A stretch of DNA of 63,975 bases, filler included, from Choristocarpus tenellus KU-1152 (taxonomy: Eukaryota > Protista > Phaeophyceae), in NCBI GenBank assembly GCA_964200185.2. It is 14 parts of 14 records of this genome, joined end to end, with 100 filler letters (N's around TTAATTAATTAA, not from the genome) between each part and the next. Parts side by side here need not be neighbours in the genome. Positions count along the whole stretch, not along the records: positions 1 to 6,104 come from CAXNAD020008928.1; positions 6,205 to 10,972 come from CAXNAD020013134.1; positions 11,073 to 13,818 come from CAXNAD020025107.1; 11 more parts are not named here. One strand, written 5' to 3'. Positions 1-11,829 of the stretch are shown piece after piece. The translations under genes and the position numbers were made by a program. The notes beneath the pieces are model-generated. The model made no database searches. It was not told the DNA's origin and was given only the letters and a program-made list of their open reading frames with translations. The first letter of the stretch is position 1, and every line of letters starts with the position of its first letter.

Positions 1-61
1 AACAGAACAAAAAAAAAAGCACAAACACAAACAACAATGCACGAGTTAAGAACGGACCGTA

Positions 62-119
62 CTACAACAACAACAATAATAATAACAATAATAATAACAA
101 TAATAATAATAATAACAAT

Positions 120-157
<38 letters not shown>

Positions 158-176
158 TAATAATAATAACAATAAC
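62..176. repeat. (AAT/AAC)n microsatellite
   Basis: Directly visible. Confidence 0.95.
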
Positions 177-201
177 AAAGGCATAAGTGAAGCTAAGCTA
201 C

Positions 202-332
202 CTGTATGGTGGTAGAGGTATTGGCCAGCAGGTCCTTCAATGTCTGTACATCCGTTTCCATGGAGCGAATCTCTTCTGCAGCAGTCATAAACGCTTTATA
301 GTTGCGGACTACCTCCTTGCGCAAAGCCTCCT
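202..332 (-). CDS. Exo84-like protein, exon 3; gene continues beyond the window start
   Basis: EEALRKEVVRNYKAFMTAAEEIRSMETDVQTLKDLLA resembles the Exo84/Vps51 'VYxNYxxFIxxxxEI' helix; acceptor cgaag|, donor CAG|GTAGC. Confidence 0.8.
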
Positions 333-809
333 CTTCGACACACACACGCAGGACCGGTTCGGGACCGGTTCGGAGGAGGAAAGGCATCAGGGAATGAAAG
401 AGGTGTGCAGCTCCGAATGGGGTAAGGAAGGAAGCAGTAGAGGAGAGGAGGCCCGTGCCTCAAAAGAAAAGGTCGCAGGCACGTCGAGGGGGGAGGGAGA
501 AGGGACCTCGTGCATGGACGGACGGGGCCGGATAGACACACGCCTTATCATAGGTGGTGATGCACTGTAAAGAACGTGCTCGCAAGCGGTGTGCGGTATG
601 CTGAATACTTCGAAGCATGAAAAAAATCTTCAGTAGCACCAAGAACAGAAACAGCACGCCTGGTGCACCAACGTTACCAGCAATTAGATGTGCCTCGAAT
701 CGATGCATGACTTGCTCTACTGCTTCATCAAGGAAGAGAATGGAGATAGTAGGGATAATATAAACACTATCCTAGCGGTCCTGAGCTGCCTGGGTAAAAC
801 TTGTATGGT

Positions 810-1067
810 GAGCCAAAGCATGTCAGAGGGTAGAGTCGTGTCCATTTGGGGGTCAAAATCAAATGTTGCGATTTTGATGTAATTTTGACTATTGTGTTTG
901 TTAGGAAGTGTCAATATCTATGTTCCGGATACACCTTTTCATAACGTATACATTTTACCTACTCCGAAACGTTTTGGAGTAGGAAAATTCATAAAAAAAC
1001 ACATGGGAAGCCAAGCCCCAAAAGGACAAACAGGGCAAAATTCGTACCCTCTAAGATACTTTCACTC
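810..1067. mobile_element. MITE family A copy (intronic)
   Basis: TIRs GAGCCAAAG...AGAGGGTA / TACCCTCTAAGATACTTTCACTC; TSD TGGT. Confidence 0.9.
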
Positions 1068-1547
1068 TGGTGCCCATTCTGGGAGGCCGAGATCCACGGG
1101 GGGGGATGAATTTTCCCGGGACGAATTTCAACTTTGCACCTTTCAACTACAGGCACAAAACAAGGTATCTGACCTGCTCCGTATGTACTTGCGCCAACCT
1201 CCTACCTCCATCCAAGTCTTTCAAAATCGAATTGTTAGGCTACCTGTTCATTTCCCTAGTATCGCTAGGAATGTCGACAATCAACAATGATGTACTTGAA
1301 TGTCAACAATCAACAATCAACAATGATGTACTTGAACATTTCTATCGATCATTGATAGAATCGCGTACTTACATACCACAGCCTAGTACCATAACACTCT
1401 ATAGGGTCCTATCAGTCGTATGCAATTCCATGAGACATACACACATGGGAAAACCTTGGCATGGAAAGGAGCAGGAAGGATCATGGCAGGTCTTTATCCA
1501 CACCACACCTGATGTTGACAGCTGATGTGCCCATGTTTACATCTCAC

Positions 1548-1582
1548 CTGTCTGATGCCTCATCCCCTCCAGCTGTTCACAC
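1548..1582 (-). CDS. Exo84-like protein, exon 2 (35-nt microexon, CEQLEGMRHQT)
   Basis: Flanked by gggtag| and |gtgaga on the minus strand; phase 2 in and phase 1 out joins exons 1 and 3 exactly in frame. Confidence 0.75.
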
Positions 1583-1829
1583 CTACCCAAACACATTGAA
1601 TACATTTTTAGAGGTTAGGGAATAGGGATATTAAGAAAAAAAATACACCGGTCTGCACTTGAGGTTAGGAAACAGAACAAGGTGTGTCAAGGCTTCATCA
1701 GGGACTGGATCATGTGCAGCGTGTAGGTTTAGCAAATAGGTTTGATGCAATCAAGGTCAGCAATATGAATGACCAGTGAGCAACATGGTGCGGTTACTGA
1801 TATTGTAACAGAGACGATCGATGATAGGC

Positions 1830-1856
1830 TTAGGGTTAGGCTTAGGGTTAGGGTTA
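1830..1856 (+). repeat. Interstitial telomere-like (TTAGGG)n
   Basis: TTAGGG TTAGGC TTAGGG TTAGGG TTA. Confidence 0.85.
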
Positions 1857-2726
1857 ACGACAAATTATAGAGCTAGGGTAAGAGGAACAAAAAACGCCAG
1901 GGCTATGGATAGGGCTACTGGTAATGACTCATATTTGTGATAGGAGTACACAGTGCGAAATTTTAAGGAAATGAGCACCAACAAAGCTGTGAGTTGAAGC
2001 CATGAGAGAGATGGTACACCAGGGAGATACTCAATGTCCATTCCCATAGTGAACTATTTCATCGCTTGGAAGGTACAATTGTACCTCTCACTCAATAACT
2101 GCTCGATAAAGATAAACCACAAACAGTCAGGATAGGACAGACACTTTCATATACTTGTTACAACATCCAAAAGATGCACTTGGTCTACATTAGTGAGACC
2201 TGATCACTCAAAGTGTGGATCAAGCTACTAACTGTTGCCAAATGTAACCAATAATGGGAACTGTGCAGTGGAAGGCTTTTAGGGATACTAACGCATGGTT
2301 AAGGCTTGAAGGGAAGGGGGCAATCGATGTTTTTGAGAAATTTAGAAACAGAAAGCATTGAATCTCAAGAAAGACTACATTGAAGAAATAAGATTGGAGT
2401 TGTTTCTGCACCAGCTGAAGGGAAACAGATGAATGTCAAGGAAATATACAGGTATCTATGTCCACCCACATGATTCATCACTTCAATTCATGATTGCAAG
2501 CTTAGTTGCTGCACTGGACTTGGGTTTAGTTCCTTTTGTACAATTGATTTGAGCACAGCGTTTAGGGGGGGGTGTCACTATATGTTTCCTCAACCCTCTC
2601 TCCTCTACATTCGGCAAGTTGCACGGATTTCGAGAGGAGCTATCAACCTTGGGCATGGATAATAATCGAACCACAAGGACGCCCCCTTAAACATCAAGGT
2701 GGGGTTGGAGGGTGATATAAAATCAC

Positions 2727-2950
2727 CTTTCAGTCGCTCGGCTCGCGTTGTGCTTGATGAAGAATTCCTGGGCGTACTCCGTTGCATCGAAGCGCTCATC
2801 CCCGAAGAACTCCACCTTGTCCGCGTCTTTGACTGATTTGAGCCAACGCTTGTCTCTTGAGTTACTAACTGGTGTGGACTTCGTGTAGGACGTTCCCCAA
2901 CCAGTCCCGCTTGCCACGGTTCCATCTTGCGCCGATATCCTTGATGTCAT
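2727..2950 (-). CDS. Exo84/EXOC8-like (Vps51/Exo84 N-terminal domain) protein, exon 1
   Basis: ATG at 2950; MTSRISAQ...FGDERFDATEYAQEFF matches the FDxxxY motif of the Vps51/Exo84 N-terminus; donor AG|GTGATT, phase 2. Confidence 0.75.
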
Positions 2951-4149
2951 TGCACAGCTATAGACTTGTGGGTAACGATAGGGAAAATAGACTATCTGCC
3001 TTCGAATGAAAGATGAATGACCCGGTAGTCTCTTTCCCCAATTTCACAGCCGCAGTTAATCCTAAGGACTTGTCAGGCAACGAAAACAGGTAGTGATAGG
3101 GCGGTAGTGAGCACAGTGCAACTGGTACACCCTGACACACCCACATTTACATGTCAGTACTCGCACGACATGTCGGCAAAGAGCAATGGAGTGCATTCCC
3201 TATGTTGGTCCATCTACGCATTGTCGACACAGTTACATTTGATGAAATCTGGAAAGTACGACCGTGCATGGCGAAGAGGAAATGGCATCCAGCATCTACT
3301 AATGGGGGAAGAACACTATGCGGCATCCGTGACTGCACACCAAGAGTCATTGCCTTGTTTATTGATAGAGGACACGTCAGCATATTGGAATAGACTCACT
3401 TCAGTCCACTCTCTTCTTCCTGGACAAACACCTGCTATCGAACGCTCCACTCTCTCTGAGAACGACGATCAGTTGTGGATGGGGCGTTTTATAATATGCA
3501 AAGGCGTTACTTGATCGAACAATTTCTATTGTAACAATAGTTGAACATGATTGAGTAGAGTTCCGTTTTTTTTAAGGCGACTTGAGTACATAGTTTAAGT
3601 AACTCGCCAAAATGGCAAAGTACCGATCATTTTTTAAGCCTAATTTCACCATTTGGGACTTGACACGACTTAAAGTGGACAGTTTTCAAGGAAGGTTTGT
3701 AACAGTTCGAAATCAGTATTTTACTCGTGGGCCACCACATGTTTACGATCTGTTTATTCACTCACGTACCTGTATGACGTTATATGTGCAGTGAACATAA
3801 TCATATATTTCAACACACATCAGTCAAAGAACTGTCTGATCTGTATCGAAAATCTCGAGGCAAAGCACCAAATAAAGAACTCAATTTCTGTCTAGTGTGT
3901 GTTTATGATGTGACCTCTCATCCACTCTCTTTCGCTTCCCCTAATATTAAAAAAAAATGTCTGCCACTTCAACAAAGAGACGTAGACGAATACATCTCCC
4001 CTCCACCACCACCACCATCCTGTTTCTCGCTGTGGTCTCCAGACGATTTACCCCCTTCCTCACCGGTCTTACTAGCAGTGCTTGTAGCATAAACTACCCT
4101 CACTGGCTTGTCCCTGAGGTCCTGATAAGCAGTTAATGAAGCTCACCTT

Positions 4150-4445
4150 CAAATGTCGCCGTTTCCTTGTTGCCTTCCCATCACCATTTCCACTTGCAAG
4201 AAATTGTTTCTAAATCTCCTATTTACAGTATCAGATTCTTGATATGGTCCTCACACCGACACAGTATCGCTCGACTACATCGCCTTGGTTCATTTTTGTA
4301 CGCACCCTAGCAAGACCAGCACCTCACCTTTCTCAACCAAACATAACATAATCATCTCCTTTGGTCAGCACCACCAGATGGGCCCTTACGCTTCTCTTAG
4401 TGCTATGCCATGCTGAACAAAGTAATGCTACAAAGTGTGTTTTGG
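4150..4445 (-). pseudogene. Possible pogo/CENP-B-type HTH transposase fragment
   Basis: Minus-strand translation MNQGDVVERYCVGVRTISRI resembles a psq-type HTH; disrupted by stops. Confidence 0.35.
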
Positions 4446-4448
4446 AAG

Positions 4449-4500
4449 GACCCAAAGTATCTGTGAAGGAGGGGGGGTCTACACCAGGGTGTCCATTTCC
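4449..4500. mobile_element. MITE family B end fragment
   Basis: GACCCAAAGTATCT...GTCTACACCAGGGTGTCCATTT. Confidence 0.75.
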
Positions 4501-4615
4501 GAACAGCTGCAACTACTCTTGGTGATAAGGCTACTACTTCCGGTTGGAGGAGAGGCCATTAACGCAGCAACGGACTCATTATCACTGTTGCCCGCATTGC
4601 CTTTCTCTTGACCAT

Positions 4616-4874
4616 GAGTGAAAGTATCTTAGAGGGTACGAGTTTTGCCCTGTTTGTCCATTTGGGGCTTCGCTTCTCATGAGTTCTTTAGTGACATTTT
4701 CCTACTCCAAAATGTTTAGGAGTAGGTAAAGTGTGTATGTTTGGAAAGAGTGTGTCAGGAACATGAATATTGACACTTCCTAACAAAAGCAATAGCCAAG
4801 ATTATATCATAATCGCAACATCCGACTTTGGCACCCAAATGGACGCGACTCTACCCTCTAAGATACTTTGGCTC
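4616..4874. mobile_element. MITE family A copy
   Basis: Both TIRs present; CAT duplicated at the flanks. Confidence 0.9.
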
Positions 4875-5189
4875 CATAAATATGCTCATTTGGAGTATGT
4901 CAATCAAAACATACCCTCTTCATCTTGCCATCCCCATCAGGATCCACATTGCCACAAATTCCATGGAGGTAAATGTCCACACCGACATACATGTCCGGTG
5001 AACTGTGGTGGTCCGAGTTAGATGGTAGGAATGAGGCAGCAATGTTTGGATGTGCACGGCATGATCAAAGTATGCAAAGAGGTATCTTGTGTTAGGTTCT
5101 TATGTGACCACATACTTTTGACAAGGATGTGTGTCCAATTTAAGTTGTACATGTTTAATATAACCCAAAGACATCGAAATGAATAACAA

Positions 5190-5274
5190 CTCGAAGTAGC
5201 TCAGGGGTAGAGCGGTGGTCTGTAGATGTGCATCAGTTAACCACTGGTCCGGAGCTCGAATCTCCGCTGCGGAA
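5190..5274 (+). tRNA. tRNA-Tyr(GUA) with 13-nt intron, probably a pseudogene or SINE head
   Basis: A-box TAGCTCAGGGGTAGAGC; anticodon stem GTGGT/ACCAC with loop CT-GTA-G, intron 5226-5238 at the canonical 37/38 site; T-stem CGGAG/CTCCG. The T-loop is mutated (CTCGAAT) and the acceptor stem has two mismatches. Confidence 0.75.
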
Positions 5275-5384
5275 TTAATTTCCACCAAGAATGGCATACC
5301 TATTATTCTGCACGCAAGGCGCGAAAATGCACCTACTACCCGAGGGTTCTTTTAATTTAACCCTTGTAGTTTTATTTTAACCTC

Positions 5385-5600
5385 AACACCTTCGCGGTGG
5401 AAAGTTTTGGTGGCCTCGATAACCAAGCAGAAAGTTTTGTGGATAAGTTGGCTACACATGCAGTAGGGGGGAGAGGGACAGGAGGTTACAGCAGGAAAGG
5501 AGGTATCAAATCCCGTTTACGACAGATAGTGTCTGTCCCTGCACGAGTGGCTCTCTCAAGACGTGTCATTCGTTTTATGCTGGAAACACCAGGGAAATGA
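5385..5600 (+). mobile_element. 3' end of a CRE-like (RLE-endonuclease) non-LTR retrotransposon ORF
   Basis: PFAVESFGGLDNQAESFVDKLA...LRQIVSV...VALSRR resembles the C-terminal RLE region of CRE-clade elements. Confidence 0.6.
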
Positions 5601-5869
5601 ACAAGGAGGAGCCTGTCAGATTCTTGGGATGCTTCCCTGACTCCTTGCATTGTAGTGTAGGCCTGAGCTAGGTTGGAGGCATAGTGTAAACATAACATTG
5701 TAATTACGAGCTTTTATGTGAGTGGTGTGGTATAGCTGATAGTCAAATAGTTAATTGATTTTGGAGAGATATCTTTCGCATTTATGACAACTGTTCCTTT
5801 TTATGAATTCCTTATAATATTGAATTGCCTTTCTCCTTGACACATCACCAAAATGGCAGAGGGTATACT

Positions 5870-6104
5870 AATATATTTTTTATTACTATACCCTCTGTCA
5901 TTTTCCAGATGTGTAGGGGGGGAAAAACCAATGAGAACTATACACATTGTCAGTATAAGCCCTAAAGAAATAAAATGGCATAAATGCGAAAGATACTAAT
6001 CCATTTGTTACTTCACCACTTATCCATGTTGTAGTACTTCCTTCCCGTGTCTCCAATCCACCTATAACAGCCTCTCGGCAAAATTGAGGATGGAGCATTT
6101 CATG
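5870..6104. mobile_element. Dispersed DNA-transposon-like repeat (family D) with a Tc1-like end motif
   Basis: CCTCTGxCATTTTxCAGATGTG..GGGGGGAAA block recurs at ~21000-21070 (reverse), 46825-46910 and 50250-50300. ACAG...AAAATTGAGGATGG recurs at 6064, 10905, 11140-11187 (reverse) and 50312. Confidence 0.6.
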
Positions 6105-6204
6105 NNNNNNNNNNNNNNNNNNNNNNNNNNNNNNNNNNNNNNNNNNNNTTAATTAATTAANNNNNNNNNNNNNNNNNNNNNNNNNNNNNNNNNNNNNNNN
6201 NNNN
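6105..6204. other. Artificial contig spacer (first of 13)
   Basis: N44-TTAATTAATTAA-N44. Others at 10973-11072, 13819-13918, 19836-19935, 25099-25198, 35824-35923, 38533-38632, 42776-42875, 47137-47236, 50064-50163, 53796-53895, 58311-58410 and 61352-61451. Confidence 0.99.
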
Positions 6205-6245
6205 CCTGGTGTAGACCCCCCCCCTCCCCCAGATACTTTGAGGTC
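6205..6245. mobile_element. MITE family B end at a contig edge
   Basis: GGTGTAGACCCC...CAGATACTTTG. Confidence 0.8.
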
Positions 6246-8559
6246 ACTAGGCAAACAATCGACTTGCTTTTTGTCGTTTGGGATGGGTGTAGAAGTCATA
6301 CGAGTAGGCTGCCATATTAACTTGTATCACTATTGTGGTCATTATCTTGGACAGAACATATGGGAATTAGGACACTATATCATGATGCAGATAGTCGAGG
6401 GGGCAAAGGAGGGGGAATTTGAGGTTTTTAAGCTGAGGTGGAGACATATGAGAAGATCAGTGACGTTGGCATTGAAGGGAGGACCTCCCAGCTGATACAA
6501 AGTATTTCGTAAGCACATTGTGTAACATAAATCACTTATATGTAAGCTTGCACTCGAAGGAGAAGGGAAACAAGAAGGCAGACAGATAGCGTAATTGACT
6601 GGGTGTGAGGACCTGACCAAAAGTATGGAAGAATGGAGGGGAATTGGACCTGTGACTTTAATGGGAATATTTTTTTCTTAGACTGTTGATGACCACAATT
6701 GCTGTACTACTCTGCTTGAAGCGTTTGTTAGAAGCAATTTTCAACACACCTAGTAACGGGCTGCTAACCTTATTTTAAACACTACAATTATGACAGAGAA
6801 AATCTATGGGCAGAATGGTTGGAGTGTTTGGTACATATCTCCTGCATGGGCTAATTAAAACTGAATAGAGTCCTTTAACTGCCTAAGTGCCAAAACACAG
6901 ATAGAACATATTCCATCGTATAAGTAGTACATGCGGTTCAATTTACTAGAATCGAACACTCTATTACCACACGATACTCAGACGCATATTGAGACATAAC
7001 TGGATAAGAGTCGTGTCTAGAGAACTCTTTGTCACTCCTCACGAAAATAGACCCCTGTCGTTCTGACTGCAGAATGAGCTATGTTTTCATACAAGACACC
7101 TGTAGCAGAATAGTATGAACTACTCAACCATAAACAGGTGACATACACTTGACCATTCATAGACATTAGTAGTTTATAAGAGTATACAAAGGTTTGCTTC
7201 AACTTGATAAACATTATCATGCAAAATGATAGTATGGGTGGCAGATGTCTCCCCTTTTTTTCTTCAGTTTCCTCGCGCTCTTATATTCATGAGTTCTTGT
7301 TATTATAATAATACCCGGAGAAGTTGATATTCCTTTGTTCTTCGCGTGGCAAAATCTGATGGTAGAGAAGTCCATTATGCATTGCACCCAATACAACACA
7401 TCTTTACCGTGTGATCTGAAATCCATGGTAAGGATTTTTCCCTCCTCCTTGTAGTGGAAATCTACTCGAAGTACCAAATGGCATATCATGCAAATCAGTT
7501 TTCAAAATAGAATAGCCCAGCCCCTCCCAGTATAACCATTCGACTTCCCGTTCAGTGGTATCAACATTCCTATCACTGTTTCGACTGAGATAGCATTCCC
7601 CAAAAGGCATGTACTCTGAAGATAATACAACCTCACTTTCATTTGATATATGATTATTGGCATCCTTTCCAGACCTTGACCTGTGACTGAAGTAGAAGCA
7701 AGACTCAGACCCTGGACCAGACCTGCATACCTTGTGAAGGCATCGAGAGCCTTTAACCTTGAGACTTGGATCGCCCTGGGCAGTTCAGCTGTAGTTCTAC
7801 TCGAATTAATACAGATGCACTGAAGTCGGCGGTTCGAAAATTCATTAAAAGTGCGAAATAGGGTTGTGAATCGAAATAATATTTTGACAATGTACAATAT
7901 CAGATTAAATCTTGCATGTTCTCGATTGAATTAAAGCGTTGCAGTGTACAGGGGAAGCCCTCCTTCTTTGGGAGCAACCACAGACTTGAGGAAACCCAAT
8001 CACAAATTTTCTCACTTAATTTTCGAACCATTTCGACCCATTCTTTGGTAATATTGAAGGACATTTCCCTATATATTTCGGCGATTTATTTTTTACATTT
8101 GATGCAGTTGTTGGGGACGTCTCATGGTGTTTTGGGGGACGATTGCAGCACTCTGTGCCATGTTTTGGGGATGTTTCGGGGAACGAATAAAAACTTTGTT
8201 AAGTACCATGACATCGTTTGAAAACGTTTTTTCGATGTCTTCATTACATGTAGATATTGTACAATGTTATTAAAGTTTATCCCACACTCTTCTGTGGAAA
8301 ACGATTAACCAAGTGGTTATTTGAGCATGAGGTAAAATTGTACCCAGCGTGTGTGCCAAAAACGATGTAAAAAGAGGGTTCTGTATGTACTCTCATATAT
8401 TGTATTCATTTGGGACAAAATAGGATGCTAGGTTGAATGTGCTCTGATGATGATTGTATTGAGTACTGAGATGGTCGTCAAGGTCAACTTGTGTCAACAG
8501 AAGGGGTAGGACTGTTATAAAGTGAAGTAGTTGGAGTTGGTAAATGAATTGAGCCGAGC

Positions 8560-8830
8560 CAGTTGAGAGGTAGGTAGGGTTGCATTTTGAGGATCCCGAG
8601 GAAGGGCAAAAAGTCGACATTTTGTGCGATTGCAGAAACAGCCTTTGCTTGATTGTGGTGTTACTTTGTGTGTGGAACAGGGGAATATCAAATTTTGCGT
8701 TCACTATTTTTTTTTTAGACATAAATCGATTAAAAAGAGTGCAATATTCGTGGTCAGGACAATGGCTTGGAATGCACAAAAATCCAAATCTGCCTGCCTC
8801 TGGATTGGTTTGGCTCAAAATATGCTTTTT
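8560..8830. repeat. Unclassified dispersed repeat, paralogous to ~25760-26010
   Basis: Shared blocks TTGCATTTTxAGGATCCC, AGCCTTTGC, AATATCAxxTTTGC and CCTGCCT...GATTGGTTTGG. Confidence 0.6.
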
Positions 8831-8848
8831 GTTTTGCTCACGAATTCT

Positions 8849-8849
<1 letters not shown>

Positions 8850-8902
<53 letters not shown>

Positions 8903-8904
8903 TA
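8850..8904. repeat. (ATT)n microsatellite
   Basis: Directly visible. Confidence 0.95.
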
Positions 8905-8959
8905 TATTCTACATTTGTATTCCTCCCTATTCCCTTTTCTCCCTATATTCTAACAAACC

Positions 8960-9113
8960 TTGTGACGAACCAGTGCGACCTCTTCGCCACTGATTTCCAG
9001 TCACCCCCATATCTGATGACCAACCAGGGCGAACCCCCTTCGCCCCTGATTTCCAGTCACCCCCCCTATCCGATGACCAACAAGTGCGACCCCTTTCTCC
9101 ACTGATTTCCGGT
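8960..9113. repeat. Minisatellite of TGATGACCAACCAG...CTGATTTCCAGTCA units; inverted paralog at 17880-18035
   Basis: About three units at each locus, plus a shared flank (GCTCACGAATTCTG). Confidence 0.85.
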
Positions 9114-11829
9114 CTCTACCACCCCTTTCAACCCCACTCAACCCCACACCAGTTACCACTTCAGTCAACCCCACCCCACTTACCACTCCACCACACCATT
9201 CAACACCACTAAACACCACTCCACAATCATCCAAGAACCCGCCTTCATCATCCCCTTCATACCGTGCCTTTGAGCTAGAAGACATCTACCCCGCTGGAAC
9301 TTGACCTCCCCTCCCACCCTGAGATCCAAGTCGGTCGTGAGCAAGCGACAGGGTGGGTGGGCGGGAAAGCTTGCTCGGGGGTCCTCTTGATCTAGCCCTC
9401 CTTGTCTTGTCCCCCAGCCTCAGGTTTCCTCATTCGATTCAATACTGTTCATCATTCCTTCTCCCCTTGTGCCTCCGTCTTCAACCTATTTTCTGAACCA
9501 CTCAATCTTAACTCTTCATTCCCTTGTTGATACTTTTATTTCTTTACTGTCCCCTTCCTTGCTTTGTGCCCCCAACCAACCAGAATTCTCCCGCCCACAA
9601 AACTCAGATGACTTCATAAAATTTCCCTTTGTACTTAGTATGATTTATCGAAAAGGTCGAAAAATTTCATATCGAAATTTTATCTACAAGTAGAAATAAA
9701 TGTTCAGGTTTTAATGCGTTTGTTGTTTTGTTATTGTAAGTCAATATTTACGGCATTTCATCCTCTCTCATCATCACAAGGAATGGTATGCCCTTCCTGC
9801 AATGCAAGGAATAACCCCCCCTTCACTTGTCATGGGAGTAGAAGAGATACTGATGAAAAGCATTTATGTATTGCTTGTGTTATTTTCGGAGATTATACAA
9901 TATAATATATACTGAAGTTAGTTGTGCTACTCAGCTGAGGTCGACAGTCAGTGCAGTGTCTGGGGGGACATGAGAAAGGCGAACATAACCTAACAAAGAG
10001 AAATTGACACTATGTACCACCACTCTACTCTAAGCCCATTTAGCAAATTGAGGACCTCCAGTCAGACGTGGCAAGCAAATCTGCAGAGGGTGCTGCATTT
10101 GTCTCTGCCATCAGTGATTTCCTGCTACCTACACCTTCCACACTTGGGTACAAAAGCCATCCCCAACACGAGTGCAGCACCAAAGTAGTGTAACCAACTA
10201 CATCCCCGGAGAGATAGTGCTTGGCAGTGACTGTGTTGCCAGCAGATGATGAGAGTGAGAGTTCAAATGCAGCGAAGTGGCCTATGCAGGAAAATATTTC
10301 TGTACTGCAACTTTCTTAGCTCTCAAAAAACCTTCTCCTTCGACTTCCACTATTATAACGATCCACCAAGCTCCTCTACAACGCCTGCATGCACTGGTTA
10401 CATACAACGGTATACCTTCAGCTGGTATTGCAGTTTATCCTCATAGGTGATCTCCAATTGTGCCCTCTTGTGGGCACTTCCCCCACCTCCATCTGCAAAG
10501 GAGGGGACCTCATCACCCCATTGATGTCTGTGCCGTCTTGATCGCCTTCTTGGGTAACTTGACCATGCTGAACTGCTGGTGAGAAGGAGGTCTTTCCCCT
10601 CTCAAGACCACATTTCTTCACATGGCATACAGCCCTCAATCAGCTTGAAACGCCTGCTGACACCTATGAAAGGAGTTCGAAACTCGAAACTTTCCTTCAG
10701 TGTTGAGGGCAACTTCACAGCAGATACCTCTACTTCACCATCAACTTTCTAGTTGTCCCCTGTGTTGCTTTCTTTCTTCGATATCGTTTTCTTCATTGTC
10801 ACCTCCTCGAGTAGTCAAGTACATGATAGTTTAACAAATTCATAAGACCCCACGACCTGTGATGGCGAGCAGACCTATAGAGTGCAGAAGTATTGACCCA
10901 CAGATAACAGGGGATCCTCAAAATTGAGGATGGCGCGGGACTATGAGGATGGTTGTTTTGCGAAAACGGTCTNNNNNNNNNNNNNNNNNNNNNNNNNNNN
11001 NNNNNNNNNNNNNNNNTTAATTAATTAANNNNNNNNNNNNNNNNNNNNNNNNNNNNNNNNNNNNNNNNNNNNAAAAAGTGCCGCAACATTTACAAAAAAA
11101 AACATATCGGCACTTTTTCCCGGTCAATTTTGGGTCAAACCCATCCTCAATAAAAAGTCCATCCTCAATTATTGAAATCCACTGTTACATGTAGTAGAAA
11201 GCAGTCACAAAGGCCCCTTCTGCTTGATGTCACCCTCCTCTAGGATCCTATGACCCTGGGGTAATAGCAAACTTCTCTCCTAGCGTCAACTACACCTTCC
11301 TCCATTGACCATGAAAAAAAGACCTGGCGACTGAAGACTCATGAATGCAACAAACCATTCATTGGCTGCATTTTAGTGGTGTACAGCAATAGAGAGTGAA
11401 ATAATATACTGGGAAGCAACCATGGTGTTCCAGTTGCACCAGGAGGAAAGGCACAGGCAGGGGGGTTGCATTTAGGTAGTGGGGAAAATGACCTGTGCTT
11501 AGAAGGGGTGGTCTGTGCTAGGGAGATACTATTGTGCCTGCCTGTGCAAAATTTGAGGATCGAGCTAAACGTACACGTACAGCTCTGGGGTCCATACATA
11601 ACTTTAATATATATGACCTTCAAAGTGCCCAATTGGGAATTCTACACCAACGATGAAGGCATCTAGGCAAGGGCCCAGCCAGCCAGCGTAAGAAATTACG
11701 ATTTGGGGGGTCAACTATCCATCAGTAATGTTGAACAAAAAACTGCTCGACTATAACAAAAGGAAGAAGGACGGGTCTGATAGTTACAAATATCCCTTTC
11801 TTGCATCTAGTGATAGCTACTAAAACATT

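Noticed and set aside
717-1290. Recurring short ORFs (MTLPNKH..., LYPLRYF..., GSQAPNGQTGQ...) as a peptide gene family
   Set aside because: They are chance translations of MITE A in varying frames, with no conserved start or stop.
3383-3521. Possible short solo LTR (TATTGGAATAGACTC...TCGAACA)
   Set aside because: Only the first ~15 nt resemble the Copia LTR, the TG start is absent and there is no TSD.
6105-6204. Recurrent TTAATTAATTAA between N runs as a biological repeat or CRISPR-like array
   Set aside because: Identical 100-bp construct with stops in all six frames; an artificial concatenation linker.
7240-7820. Possible exon (7637-7819) or Ulp1-like protease remnant on the minus strand
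   Set aside because: Splice-like signals exist, but catalytic motifs are not convincing and frames are broken.
9010-9045. CTGATGA...CGAA in the minisatellite as a hammerhead ribozyme
   Set aside because: No GAAA, no proper stem II and no identifiable stems I or III.
8580-9105. Poly-Y, poly-L and poly-I ORFs
   Set aside because: Translations of an (ATT)n microsatellite.
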